Origin: Antedon mediterranea
Lineage: Eukaryota > Animalia > Echinodermata
Length of the DNA: 64,000 nt
Direction of reading: 5' to 3'
Assembly (NCBI RefSeq): GCF_964355755.1
Contig: NC_092677.1
Span: 4,672,101-4,736,100 of the forward strand
Positions within the stretch are counted from its first letter, which is position 1; the number at the start of each line of letters is the position of its first letter. The notes beneath the pieces were generated by a model. It saw only the letters and a list, made by a program, of their open reading frames with translations, searched no databases and was not told the DNA's origin. Made by a program: the position numbers and the translations under genes. Shown here piece by piece: positions 12,020 through 25,500 of this stretch.

Positions 12020-15000
12020 ATGGAAGATCCTTACTCGTTTTGTGAAATTTGTAGAATAAACCACACATCTGGAAAGAAACATTCATTTTCGTCAAAACAT
12101 ACAGCACGATTGAAAACAATTTTGAAAAAGTTTGGATCAAAGGTAAGGTCATATTTGAATCATAAAGCTAGGCCCTCATATGACCGGTTTTCTGAATATT
12201 ATTGATTGGGGTGGTAGGCTATGTACTCTCCCGGCGGGGCACCCATCGCGGTTGGTGACCATTCATGTAGGCCTAGCCTAGTCAAAAGGTTCAGTGCCAA
12301 ATAATGCACTTCTGGCCATTTTAATGTTCATCCACAATCATTCAAAATAAAAATTCACTGACCGGCATTAACAAATTATATACTAACTTAACTAACTAGC
12401 TAGGCCACAAAGTTAAAAAGGCGCTAGTTCCGTTTCGCACCTGTTTTTATTTCGACTTCCTTTTGACTCCAAATTGTTAAGCAGCTTATTGTGAATACTA
12501 CACCTTAACATTGGGCCTCATAAGTACTTTTATGAAGAAGAATCACATAACAAGTAACAAATAAATCCTTAAATTGATGATTTTACAGACATGTTTCTCG
12601 CATACCGTTCGCGAATTTAGCATACTCGAAGTTCAATATTTTCGTTTCTATGGAGCGCCAAAAGAGCAACAACAATAGATGGTTAAAACCTCAGTGGAAT
12701 GCGTCTTCTTTTAATGCATTTATTATTGAAATACACGTTTAATTTTAATATATTTTGTCAATAAAAATGCTGTAACATTTTACTGCTAATAATTTGCTGT
12801 TTTCAAATAGCAACCAACCCTAGGCCTAAGACTAAGAGGAATATTATTTAGATCAGATATACCCCTACAGTACATGTAATATGATGATGAATTTGTCGAT
12901 TTTCATTCCTAAAAGTTCCTGCAAAAACCATGTACAGTATCAACAGTAATATTTTTGTTGCATTAACATTGACAAAATATGATAAAATTGAACGTAATTT
13001 TGACCAATAAATGCATTAAATATACGCAATTTACTGAGTTTTTAGCCCTCTATTATGATTGCTCTTTTGGCGCTCCATAGAAACAACAACATTGAACATG
13101 GAGTATGCGAAATTCATGAACCGATTGCGAGAAACACGTCTGTAAATTCATCAATTTAAAGGATTTGTTTTTTACTTTTTGTGTGACCTCCTTCGTAAAA
13201 GTATTTTTGAGGCCTAATTCTAAGGTGTGGTACTCACGATAAAGTTACTTAACCAATTTTGAGTCGAAATAAACGATAGGTGCGAAACGGAACTAGCGCC
13301 AATAAAAAAGCCTACACACACAGTTAACACTAAACTGAGGAGTGTAGGCCCTAGCTATTACTGATCATAAATGATTACTAAACAATAATAAACAAATGAT
13401 TATTAATATTAAATCATAAAATATATATATGTTAGAAAATGTTTGTAATTTTAGATTTCAGATAGTAAGAAAAAGCTCCTAAATCCAGTGATCTCTAAGG
13501 CTAGTTCAGAGTTATCAGCTGTCAATGTGTGGTGCTACATGTGCTCTGTAGAGGTCAAAAGACATGTCGCAGACCACCATGCCATCATTATGGATGCAGG
13601 TCTACTGGAACACCTTGCAACGTATGTTCCTCTTTTAAACCTTTTTAATGTATATATGAAGTTGGGTTAGGGCACCTTCCACCCACCCTAATTTTATCAC
13701 AGCACTCACTCATTCTGGATTCTTGGAAGAACTTACTCTTTACTTTTGTAATTTATGACCTAGACTCGCCTGACAGTTCCTATTGCATATCATAATTTTC
13801 TAGTACATTTGGTTATGCATTTAATAATATTTTTTTTGTAGACCTGAGCATGCCAAAAAAGTTCACCAGTTCTTTTGGGAAAATAGGTTAAGCAAGGAAC
13901 AAAAAAAGAATTATCTTGTAAATGAGGAAGGACTAGATTCATTCAAAGAAGCTTTAAAAAATGCTCTTGCCTGCTACGAAAATGAGGAAGAAACACAGTT
14001 GAAGAAGGTAATAAATGATGATAGATGTAATCTAAGAGCTACCGTTTAGGTTCCCCCCAGACTATATGCATTGCACGTCTTTGAATGAAGAGTTAATACT
14101 GTGAAGTGATAATACAAATATTAAATTAATGGTTATTTCTACAGCAAGCTATGAAGATAAAAGAAATTGAGTGTACACAGACGAATGTAGTCAACCAGAA
14201 AGAAGAAGACCTACAAATCACTACACAGAGTGAACAACAGGTGTGGACGACATGTAACAGAATCAGTACCCACTGCTTACTGTATACCTTTGAATATAAT
14301 TTTTAATTTATTTATATTTTTTTGTTTTGTACTGAAATTTGTTGTGTATACTGTATTGTCAGTGGTGGTTTTTTTTATTTTGAAGTAGGCAAATAATACA
14401 TTTTTCAAAATTTAGGATCCCCCTATGACTGTTGCATATTTGTCACAATATGTATCATTTTACCTAAAGTAAATAGGTAATAAATTCCTCTTTTAAAATA
14501 AATTACGTTACTGTGAAATTATTTCCTGAACCTCTTTAGAGTGGGCCAAGTTCTGGGCATTCATCTGGTAGTTGGTAAGTGTTTGTTTTTATTGTAATTA
14601 AATTTGAAATTTATCTTCTTAATTTCATCTTTATCCATAATAGCCCATGTATAACAATGAAGTGCACACAATTTAAAAAAGTGTATTATGCAATATTTGT
14701 GCATATATTTGTAAAAACCAACAAATATATCCTTAGACCAATAACAATATTATTATTTTTTAGGGGAAACTCATCAAGTGGAATTAAACCTCATTCAAAA
14801 GTACAAACAGAGGGTGTAAGTAAACCTCATTCAAAAGTACAAACAGAGGGTGTAGTCTACAGTGATGGATTGACATTTATTGGCAAAAGTGTACGTTTCT
14901 CTTTCGTTTTATGTTCACAAAGAAACTAATGATATAGTAGTATATAGTACTTCATAGCATCATATTATCTATTTAAATATATGTTATATTTCATTTTTGG

Positions 15001-15754
15001 AGCGAAAGGCTAGGAATATGAACCGAAACCGCTTTACTATAAAGTTTGTGGATGTAATTGTTGCAAATTATTCCTAATTATATTGATTGTTTTAGAACTG
15101 TTTACCTGATGGCAATGTCCACACCGGTGCTGTGCCTCCATGGTTGAGAGCTGATGATGGTGAGCCAACACAGACAAAACCCATAGGACCAACTGAGCAA
15201 GACTTCCAAGAACATTGTAAGTTGTGGTATATTCAGTTTGAAAGGCGTACCATGCCCACTCACAATGTCATATCTTAAATGTAATATCTAGTCTAAATAG
15301 TATTTGTGTTGCAAGTTATCTTCATGGTTGATTAAAGTCGGTGTAATTTTCTTCTTTCAGTGAAAAAAGAACGTAAACGTAAGTTAAATCCTGCCCGTGT
15401 TGGAGCAAATTTTGATCGTACATCAACAAACAATCCTGATTGGATGCCTTCATTTGGCCGTGTTTGGAACTCGGGAAGACGATTACAATCAAAGTAGGTT
15501 GAATATGTCACTGGTACATAATTATTTTATCATTTCGCTCAATTTGAGAATAACAGAATATATTTTACCTACCTACTGGCCTGTAACGCTGCAAATTTTT
15601 TCCCCCAGTGAATCTGGCCTTTGCCTGCAAGTTTTACTTTGTTTTATATTTATTTATATGTTTGTGTTCTTTTTTTAGACAACAATACCAACGTGAAACA
15701 GGCAACTGGAAAAAACGCAAAACAATGAATGGACATCATAGTGGAAAATATTAA
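12020..15754 (+). CDS. CENATAC: Centrosomal AT-AC splicing factor (CCDC84), 9 coding exons
   Basis: Exons 12020-12142, 13455-13621, 13842-14007, 14145-14240, 14540-14574, 14764-14890, 15096-15216, 15361-15493 and 15679-15754. Two N-terminal zinc fingers (CEIC..H..H; WCYMC..LEHL..EH) and the diagnostic motifs GNVHTGAVPPWL, IGP, RVGANFD and WMPSFGRVWNSGRR. Confidence 0.93.
12420..13300. mobile_element. Non-autonomous long-TIR DNA transposon (MULE/foldback-like) in CENATAC intron 1
   Basis: Ends GGCGCTAGTTCCGTTTCGCACCT / AGGTGCGAAACGGAACTAGCGCC, with imperfect inverted arms extending at least ~250 bp. Flanks AGTTAAAAA / AATAAAAAA resemble a decayed 9-bp TSD. Confidence 0.8.
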
Positions 15755-16532
15755 CTATTCACCAACTACAGTTATACACACAGAACAAGATGTTGGCATA
15801 ACAATGCAGATTGCTTAGAGACCATGTCAAAATTATTCTACTGCAGTAACTACATTACTGCAGTAGATCACCTTATTGCATAAATAAAAGACAATGTAAT
15901 ATTGCAGTACAAAACTTCCGTATTTTATTTGTTGAAAACATTCATGACAAACCATAACAAGATGAACATCATACAAGTGTATTTACACAGAAAAAAGGTA
16001 TAAAAGTTACTGTTAGAATACCAATAGGTAGGGATGGAATCTTAATTACACGGAGAGTACTGGACATATTTTTGGGTGTTTTGGTCACCGACATTGGTTT
16101 CATACTATTACCAAAACAATATGGCTATAATTTTAAATTTACATAAATATATATACAAACAGTCGAAGTAGAATCAAGGCTGTCATTGAAAATACTATTG
16201 CTATAAACACATTACGGACATATCAGGAAACCTAGTCAATATCTTTGTGCACACAAATCTACCGATAATTAACGAAAACTGTATAACATTAATAAAAGCA
16301 TGATATAGTACTTTGCTATAGATTATTAGCATTTCAAGGTGATTTTTCGCAATACAAACATCTTATCTCCGAACTATTACTGGGTGATATTAATTAGGGT
16401 GGGAAAATTAATCAAATATACTTCAAAAATATTATACAGGATACTATCACAGTAGTATCAAACTACAGAATTGTGATTTTGTTTTTAGACACTCTGAAAT
16501 ATAAATGATCCTAGCCAACTTTATCCACAACT

Positions 16533-19500
16533 CTAGGTAACTGGTTTTACTCTAATCTGGTTATTTTCATCTAGCTCCAATCTTGTAGATCCAAACTTAT
16601 GCTGATCAACCGAGTTACCACTTGTGAGAGGCGTGGCAAGTCTGCTGTTTTCACGGAAAGTGCGTAACTGTTCACTGAAATAAAAATTCAAAATATATCA
16701 TTTTTCTATATATAATTTGTCTTATGACTTGAACATTTCAGTGAGAGTTGTACAACAATTCTATTATGAAACATAACTAACCTGGCTGGTATGTAACCTC
16801 TAAACTTTGACACTGATAGTGATGATAGACCGGGTACAGTTGATGACCCTGAATTTTTATCTAAATAAGAACAATTTTAAAACATTGTAACCGCATTAAT
16901 AATACTAATATAACACTGTGCAAACCAACATCACTGTCAACGAAAAAGCAGTTTTTTGTCCGAGCAGGATCTAATGAATTGTAATGTGCAACGCTTTTAG
17001 CATTAAGATTGACATTATATACCATTAGCCTACTACTAGACTAATAAATAATTTTAAACTAACATTTACCTCCAAAATATTTGCGCCATTTCCTCTCTAG
17101 CACCTGGTCAGCAGATTCATGTTGAGGCTCTCTGAAAGCTGGTGAATTCCTAACAGTGGAGTAAACTGGATACCCTGTTGAAATATTCCTCCTATAAGAA
17201 CTGGTATAATCCGATGGTACGTAACGACTTGATGGAGGGAGTCTATTGGTTGGCTGGTAACCATAAGCAGGCTGTGTATCATATGGCAAGTACGAGCCGT
17301 TGTGGAACGGTTGAAGGGATGGTGGTTGGCGAGACGGTTGCTGTGGCTGGAGGATTGCATCATTGATGGACGCGTGTGGTGTACCTTTTTGTGTTTCGCT
17401 GTTTTGCGGTAGTTGTTTTTGTAATAGTCCCATGACGTCTGTTAACTGTTTGTTGACTTTGTCAATGGATGATGTGATTGGCTGAATCATGGAATCGTTC
17501 ATTGTCACTCTCTGCGTTAATAATGAATCAAGTCCCTTTAAGATATCTGAGGTTTGGTCATTCTGCATGCCTATTCTTTCTGCAGAGAAAAACAAACATC
17601 ATTCATTCAAATTTAATAGGCAAAGTGGATAATATAGGGAGCGTTATATATGTGAGGACCTATGATCTAGTTATGTCATGTTAATTCATTATGCACAAGA
17701 CAAGTTTTGGGAAACTGGTTCAGATGACGACAAACTACCCAGGATCGTCGCAATTCTAAAGCTTCTTATTGCCAAAATGTATGTATGTTTGTACCTGTCT
17801 GAGGTAAGCCACCTCCTTCTGGTCGATATCTTAGTGTTTTAGTATCCTCCTCATCTTCTTCGTTTTCATCAGATGAATGGCTAAGGCTTAGTTGATGTGT
17901 ATGTCGTCTCTGACTCTGGTGAGGTATATCACTCAGATCACTATCTGAACTCTAGCAATTAAAACAAAAATCATTTTAAGTTTATTTTAAGTTAAGATTA
18001 TAAGTTGTCTGCAACAGGCAAGTATACATTTTAGTATATGGGATACAAACAATGCATGATGCCAACCAAATGGTGGGTTATACAATATTTTATGCTGTAT
18101 TCTCTATAGTTTCTAGAATCTGTCAATTTGAATTAAATGAATGAACTGTTTCTTACATAATTAAGTGATTCTTCTAACTGTTTCAATTTCTGTTCTTTTT
18201 CTCGGACTAGTCTCCGTCCAGCAGTTACATTAATAACTGCTTTATCCAACTCTATGGCTTCCTAGAAAAAAGAAAAAAAAAACATTTTAAATCTTTCAAT
18301 AAATATTTCTCTGTTGTCTCTTATAATAAAAATATGGTATATCCGCATTGAACATCCACCACTTCACCAAATACATTAAGGTACTAACTTACCCTCTCTA
18401 AGCTAAGCTTAACATCATCCAGCATTGATGTACTGCTTGTTGACAGACCAGCAATGTATTGATTGCGTACATCTCTTCTCCATTCCTGCTTGGCATTCTG
18501 TAGCTTTGACTGACGGTGTTTCAATGTGTTCTTCTGTTTCTTGAGAAAAGCCTTTGCACGGTTTATTGCGCTGCCCTCTTCTATTAGTCGCACACGCAGT
18601 TGACTTAAAAAGTAAGTATTAATAATCAGTTATTTTATAGCTCTCTTTTATTCAAATATTATATCATAATATATATACATATATCATTTATTCAGAAGTT
18701 ACTAAGGTACTCTATCCCTGAGTCAAATAGATAATATTAGTAAGTCAACCTCTGTTGTTCACTGGTAATAGAATAGATTATAGAGAAGTACATGATTGAA
18801 GTACCTTTCTAAATTGTAATGATAATTAAATACAAAATTCTACCTTTGTTGCAGGTGATTATGAATATTCAAATTAGCAAACTCTTCCGGGTCACTTGTA
18901 TCAAATTCATCATCTTCAACATCAAGCCACGCATAGTGATGATTAGCTCTTGGCTTACTCTGCTGTAAAGAAGAAAATATCAAAACTAATTTTGATGAAA
19001 TAATGATTTTGATTTTATCATTCTGGTTGGTTGTAATCACAGTGTAAAACCCGGTCTACACTATCAAACTTTATGTGACAAACAAACGTGATGTGCCCAT
19101 ATATGGATTTGATGTCAAATCACTACCATATTTAAGTATATCACTATCGTATTTTTCCACATAAAGTTTGATAGTGTAGAGAGAGCTTTAGAAACGCCTG
19201 TAATCTCCCTGAGAAACACTTCAATTCTGTTTCAGCTAATGTACTTATTAATCTCTTAATATACTTATGGTTTTCTATATAAATACATTTCAAGGTACTT
19301 ACTAAAGTAGATTGTTTATTCCTAGTCCAGAGGCTCTCTGTGTGGTAGCTTCTACCACTATGTTGACGTGACCTGGGAACATCTGTGTCGTGTTGTGGAT
19401 GACTCACATTTGTAAACATTTCTCTGGAATTCTCTTCAAAATCTTTAGGATTATTAAACAAAAGACAAGATATATTATATAACATAGGATGTTTAAATCA

Positions 19501-22500
19501 TAATAGAATGTATTTGTTGATTGTAGTTTTTTATGCCATTTCATGCAATTGTCTATTAAGACAAAGGAAAAATAATTTTCTTACCATCAACATCGTTTTC
19601 CAACGACGGTCTTGAAAAATCTCTTGGATGAACCATTTCTATCCGCTAAAAAATGATGAAATTCATTGGCTCATCAAAAAATATATTGATACATAACAAT
19701 CATATGGAAAAAACAGTTTCATATACAGTAAGCATGTACGAATTAAGACATGGACAGTACAGAATGACTATCAGTACATTGCATTGCAAATCAAGTCTTC
19801 CAATGCAAAAATATTTTGGTTACCACATATGACCAAGTATTATAGTCCCAGGGGGCCTAGGTATGAAATTTGGGGAAAATTAACAATGGAACTATCACTA
19901 AAAACTTGTTACCAAATTAACCTAGGGAATGAGATTATATTCCTGCATGGGATTATGCAATATGGTATGGTATGTATTTGAGTCAAATCCCTGTTGTTTT
20001 CTTACATGTTTTGAGGGTGTAAGAAGTTCATTTATGTCCATCACGTCTGCACTCGGTGTCATTCCTACAATGTTGCCATGGCGACCATCTTCAGTGCTAA
20101 CATCTCCATTCATAGATTGGTGTTCTTGGCTTGGCTCTCTACGTTGTCTACAAACACAATGTGATGATTTTTTTCAAATAATATTTAAAAATAATGAAAT
20201 AGTATTTTGACCGTCAATAATACTATACCATTCAGCATTAATGTGTAAAGTTTATTATAATATGATTATTATTAACATCGTTGTTAGACAGAGCATCATG
20301 GCCCGGGTGTGTTTCAAGTGGACCAGTGTAATTTAATAATTGTTTTCAAGTCATTTTCTTTGGTCTTCCAACTGGATTTGATTATTTCATTATATTAGGT
20401 CTGCCACTGTTAAGAAATGCTGAATATTGTCTGTTTTTTGAAGAAGATTTAACTTGAATCACTCACCTTCCTTCTAGTTCCTGTTTCTCTTGCTTCATCC
20501 GCTGGACATCATGTTCAAGGTCTTCTCGTTCACGTTTCAATATATTTAGCTGATTTCGTTCTTGTTTAATCTCATCCCTAATGTGTTTTAGTTGTGAATG
20601 CAACTCTTCAAGTTCTTTGGAGTTCAGTGGGGCTGCTTGGTTTGCAAATGTTTCCTACAAAAATCAAATCAAATCATTTGTTCATTGTACCTAACGATTC
20701 AATTTTAAAATTAAAAAATAAACATAATAATCATAAAATAAAATTGAAAATGCTCACATCTTTTTCCTCTTCAAACTTTATCTGATCATCTTCAAACTTC
20801 TTTCGTCTTTTTTTCAGATCATTTTCTTCTCTTTCAATCTGTGCAGCCAACTTCTCCAATTTTCTTTTTGTCTCATTTAATGAATCACCAGTTTCCTTAA
20901 GGGCACTTTCCTCATCTTCGTGTTTTCTATGGAGTTCTTCCTTCCTATCTTCAAACTCCCTCCGTAGAGTCTTCAGTTCTTTTTCATGGTCTTTTGCTAG
21001 CCTTGACTTTTCACTTTCAAGTTTAGAAGTAATTGATGTCCTCTCCTTCTCTTCCTGTAAAATAATACAAAACGATAAAAATCAATTATTATTATCAAAC
21101 CTGTGTTGGGAGCAATATATCCACGTATGCCCACAATGAACTAACATGACATAGTTTGGTCGTTGCAAAATTGAAAGCTCCCTAATAACATGGACAGCAT
21201 CAATGTTCAATACAGTACACTTAATATTGACCTAGAGTTTCTTTTAAATTGTACACACCTTTTTCTTATATTCCATCTGTATGCTCTTCATCTCCTTTTC
21301 ATGTTCTTTCTTCAAATTATCAAGTTGTTTTCTTTGCTCTTCTTTGATTTCACTTTTTCTTTCTTTTAGGACATTTTCCAGCTTAAAAATTAACAATAAC
21401 ATTATAATAGTAAGTGAATCACTGTAATATAACACATTTTAAAGGTGAAAAGAGAACCCAAACATCAGAGTATTTTTTTATTTTTATTTATTCGACTTCT
21501 CACTAACTCAGTTAATGAAGGATCTGGACCAACAGGTGGTAAACACCTCTAAACCGGCCCAGTCCCAATTTGCACAGTGGCTGTGTGTGACAGTGGCTGT
21601 GTTTGTGTGGACTAGTACACCGGGGTAACCCCCTATTCGTCTCGAAAGATGTACTAGGTTCTTTAAAGTGCGCATGAGCTATGTGTACACTGGACCTACG
21701 GTTTATAGTCCTTATCCGAGAAGACTCGTTCTACCACCAGAACCATGGAGCGAGTGAGCCTCGAACCCTTGCCGATGTTATGGCTAATTAATTACGGTTC
21801 CACTGTCTTAACCGCTCGGCCACTCACTCACTCACTAATTATTAATTTAATCAATATTTAAGACCCAAGATATTTAAATATTTTAGAAATGTATTTACTC
21901 CATCCTCCATTTCTTCAACAGCAGCTTGTTTTTGTCTTGATGTTTGTAATTTTTCTTCTGTTCTCTTCATTTCTTCTTCATTGGCAACTTGTAACTTTGC
22001 AAGAACATCATCTAAATTCTAAAGAAAGAAAATCAAAGTAGAATAAAGAAAGCAAAAAAGAAAGTATAATAATTTAAAAAATTAATATATCTTGAATATA
22101 AATACTGGTACAGTTAGGTAATTGCAATACTGTATCAAATGGATGTCATGCTGTACATCATTTTTCTGAACTAAAATACTGTTGCTTTTATATGATCATA
22201 AAGTACATCTCTTAAAGTTGCAATCATCCTTTCCCTTATAGTTGTTTTATATTTAACATTTTTTGGTACTGCCTCACACAAGCGTTTTTTTTAAATTTTG
22301 GCCCTTTTAGTTTAATCAAATTATTTTAAATTATTATTATGAACTTATAAGAGAAATAAATGTTACTTTGATTGATTGATATCTCCTAAGAAATAATTTA
22401 CATTTCTGGATGTGCATAACAAAGTACTGAGCATGAAGCAAATGAGGACACTAACCCGTTGATGATTATCCATGACTTCTTTCCTCTTTGTTTCTACTTC

Positions 22501-25500
22501 CTTTTCACACTCAGTTTCTAAATCCTTTAGAGCTGCTTTCAAATCACCCTCATACTTTTCTTCCATTTTACTTATTTCCTAAATAAACCAAAATTATTAT
22601 TAGGTAATGTTTACAAATGAAAGAACAATTTTCTTTAAGTTAGCAAGTACAATATAAGTACTGTACAACATGTATCCTATTTTTTTTTATTTAGAAGTTC
22701 TACTACAAACTATTTTAATATTTAAAAGTACTACTAGAGTATATAGTACTACTACTGTATACATTTAAATAAGTCCTATCAGTGTCACTTGCTTTCTGCT
22801 AGCCATTGTAGCATATTAGAAGGTGAAAAATCACTCTAAAACTTGAAGATGCGTTTTAGCTTATATGTAAGCAGTATTTGTGGCATTTGCATTTTGTTAA
22901 AGGCAATTTTCCCTTCATAAGCCGGTTCTTCCCTACTTTTTTTAATGCACAAGATAACGCATAGGATTGTACTGTACACAGAATACTAACTTTTTCATTG
23001 TTATCTTCTAATTTCTTTCGTTGCTCTTCCTTATGTTCTTTAAGCTCATTTTCAATCTTTTCCGTCACTCGCTTCTTTTCTTTATTTAACTTCTCATCCT
23101 CACTTTCTTTCACTTCGTGGAGTTCTTCTTTGATTTCATTAATTTTCTTTTTCATGTCATTCCTTGAAAATTAATAAACATTAATATATTAGTATATAAC
23201 ATAATACAGCAGTGATGAATCTGTCTATTTCAATTATTCAGCAGCACAGTGGGTCCTTAATTAAAATCACTTTTAGAATCACAATTGTAATGTATATCTT
23301 TGCAGCACAGTCCATGTTCCCTCTGTGGAGGCCTTTGGTTTTAAAGTGAGTCAGTATCCTATTATACTGACCTCAACCTTTCCTCTTCTTCCTCCTCCTC
23401 TTTCCTGATTCTCTCTTTCATTTTTCTCAAGTTGTCAGTTTTCCCTTCCATCAGCATTGCTTCTTCATCTTCTGCTTCCTCTTTTACTTGACTTCTTAAT
23501 TCTCTAACATTTTTGAAAAAGACAAATATTAATAATTTGATTGGCTTGTCAAAGCAAAGAATGAGAAAGAATGGTTGTGTAAATCTGCTTGACATTAGGG
23601 TAACATATCTAATAAATAATAATTTAATAACTCAACCCCAAAAGACTCACTTTATTGTTTGTTCTTTTTCTTTCTTCAATTTTTCTTCCTCTTTCTCCAC
23701 TTCATTATCTATTGTTTTCTTCAATTCCTTTATCTTCTCTTCTTTGTCATCCAAAAGATCCAGTTTAACATCCTCCAATTCACTCTGTAATCGTTCCTTC
23801 ATCTCTTTTATTTCCTTCTCATTTTGCGCTCTTAATTTCTTCTCTTCTTGTTGGAGGTCATCTTGCATTTCTATTCGTCTATAAAGTATAGTACACGATA
23901 TAATTGGTTTTTCTTTTAACACTATTTGGGTAAGGAAATTAGAAGAACCTCTATTAAGTGTCCTCTGAATAGGTATATGTTACCTCTTGTTCTCTGACAA
24001 AACCCTTAAGGTCTAATATAAAATCCCTCAACAGTTTTTATAAATTCATCAGTGTATCTACATGTTCAGTTTTATAATTGAATTCCTAATAAAAAAAAAT
24101 AAAATGAGCAGTTTACTTAAGTGCTGCACTAGCTTGGATTTCTGCTTTATGTTTTCTCTCCAATTCTTCATTTTCTTTCTCCTCCTTTTTCTTCCTCTCT
24201 TCTTCCTTTACTGCACTGTCATTATTCTTACTACTTATTGGTTTCTTCATCCATTTATCCATTGGGTTTATCTATAACACAAATTATTAATAATAGTCAT
24301 AAATATATATAAATATTTTTTAAATTTTTGTTTGAAGTTGGTAAGTATTGGGAATCGAGTACTAAAGTCATTGGTGAAAACATCAATTTAGCTTTTATAT
24401 TTTAAATGAACACTATCCTCAATGTACCTCATCTCTGGGAGTTGGCGAGTCGACAGGCTCTAGATCAGCTACGTCCATCACACCCAATCGTTTTGATATG
24501 CCAACACCAATTCCAAAATCCTAAGATAACAATAATAAATCTAAAATTAATATAAACAAATAGGAATATTGTGTTGTTGTACAGTGAAGATTAGTAATGT
24601 GTGCTTTATAAGATATTGATTATTAAAGTGGTTGATGCTGATTAAAAAATAAAAATACTCACTACATTAACATCGTCATCGTCACTATCTGAAACTCCAG
24701 CACCTTTCAGCATCCTTAGTTCAGATTCCGATTCCTGTTGAGCCATAACATAAACATAATATATAACATATTTATAATTTATGCGCATTGTATTTTCTAG
24801 ATAAATAAAATTCTAATCCCAAGTATCTGAGATTTTAAACAATGTTTTCATTAACAAAGAAAATCATCACAAATAGCTTTATAAGAGGAGCTAGTTTTCA
24901 TTTGACACATTGTTTGACACGTTCCTTAAATACAAAATATGGCAAATATCACCACTATTACATAATTGATGAGTAGAAATATTAAATAGTGAAAGTTTAA
25001 TTAACTAAAAATGTGCTTACCCCATAGCTCAGGTCATTAATGTCCTTCAAATCGAGGTCAAGGTTCAATCTTGGTGTTTCAGATTCTTGCGACTAAGTAA
25101 AGGAAAATTCATAATACAGTATTAACAAATTTAATTTTGTTTAAGTATACCCATTTAAATGTATATGAAAGTTGAAAACGATTGATTGATTTTACATAAT
25201 TTAAAGTTTGCGGTAATTTGTTGTTGATCAACTCTCCCAAAACTAGACTTTTCTTGAGGTCCAAAACACATTCCGAATACCAGACTTTAGGTAAATTAGG
25301 TCAGCCCAAAGGAGAGTTGACTGTACTTGAAAAAATAAAATTTACCTCATCTGAGAAGTCTGGCATCATTTGTACTTTTTCCTCTCGAGCACCCTGTAAT
25401 ACTGTTGTTTTCTGAGAACCATTTTTGCTTTTCAAAAACCGAGATGGATCATTTGACTGGCCTAGATCACTCTATATAACAAAACAACACATTGTATACA

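Noticed and set aside
14726-14736. U12-type (ATATCCTT) donor in CENATAC
   Set aside because: It lies inside a normal GT-AG intron near its 3' end with no matching exon or AC acceptor. All modelled introns are GT-AG.
21770-21830. tRNA genes here and at ~48135-48200
   Set aside because: A/B boxes are present but there is no complete cloverleaf. They are SINE heads or element-internal sequence.
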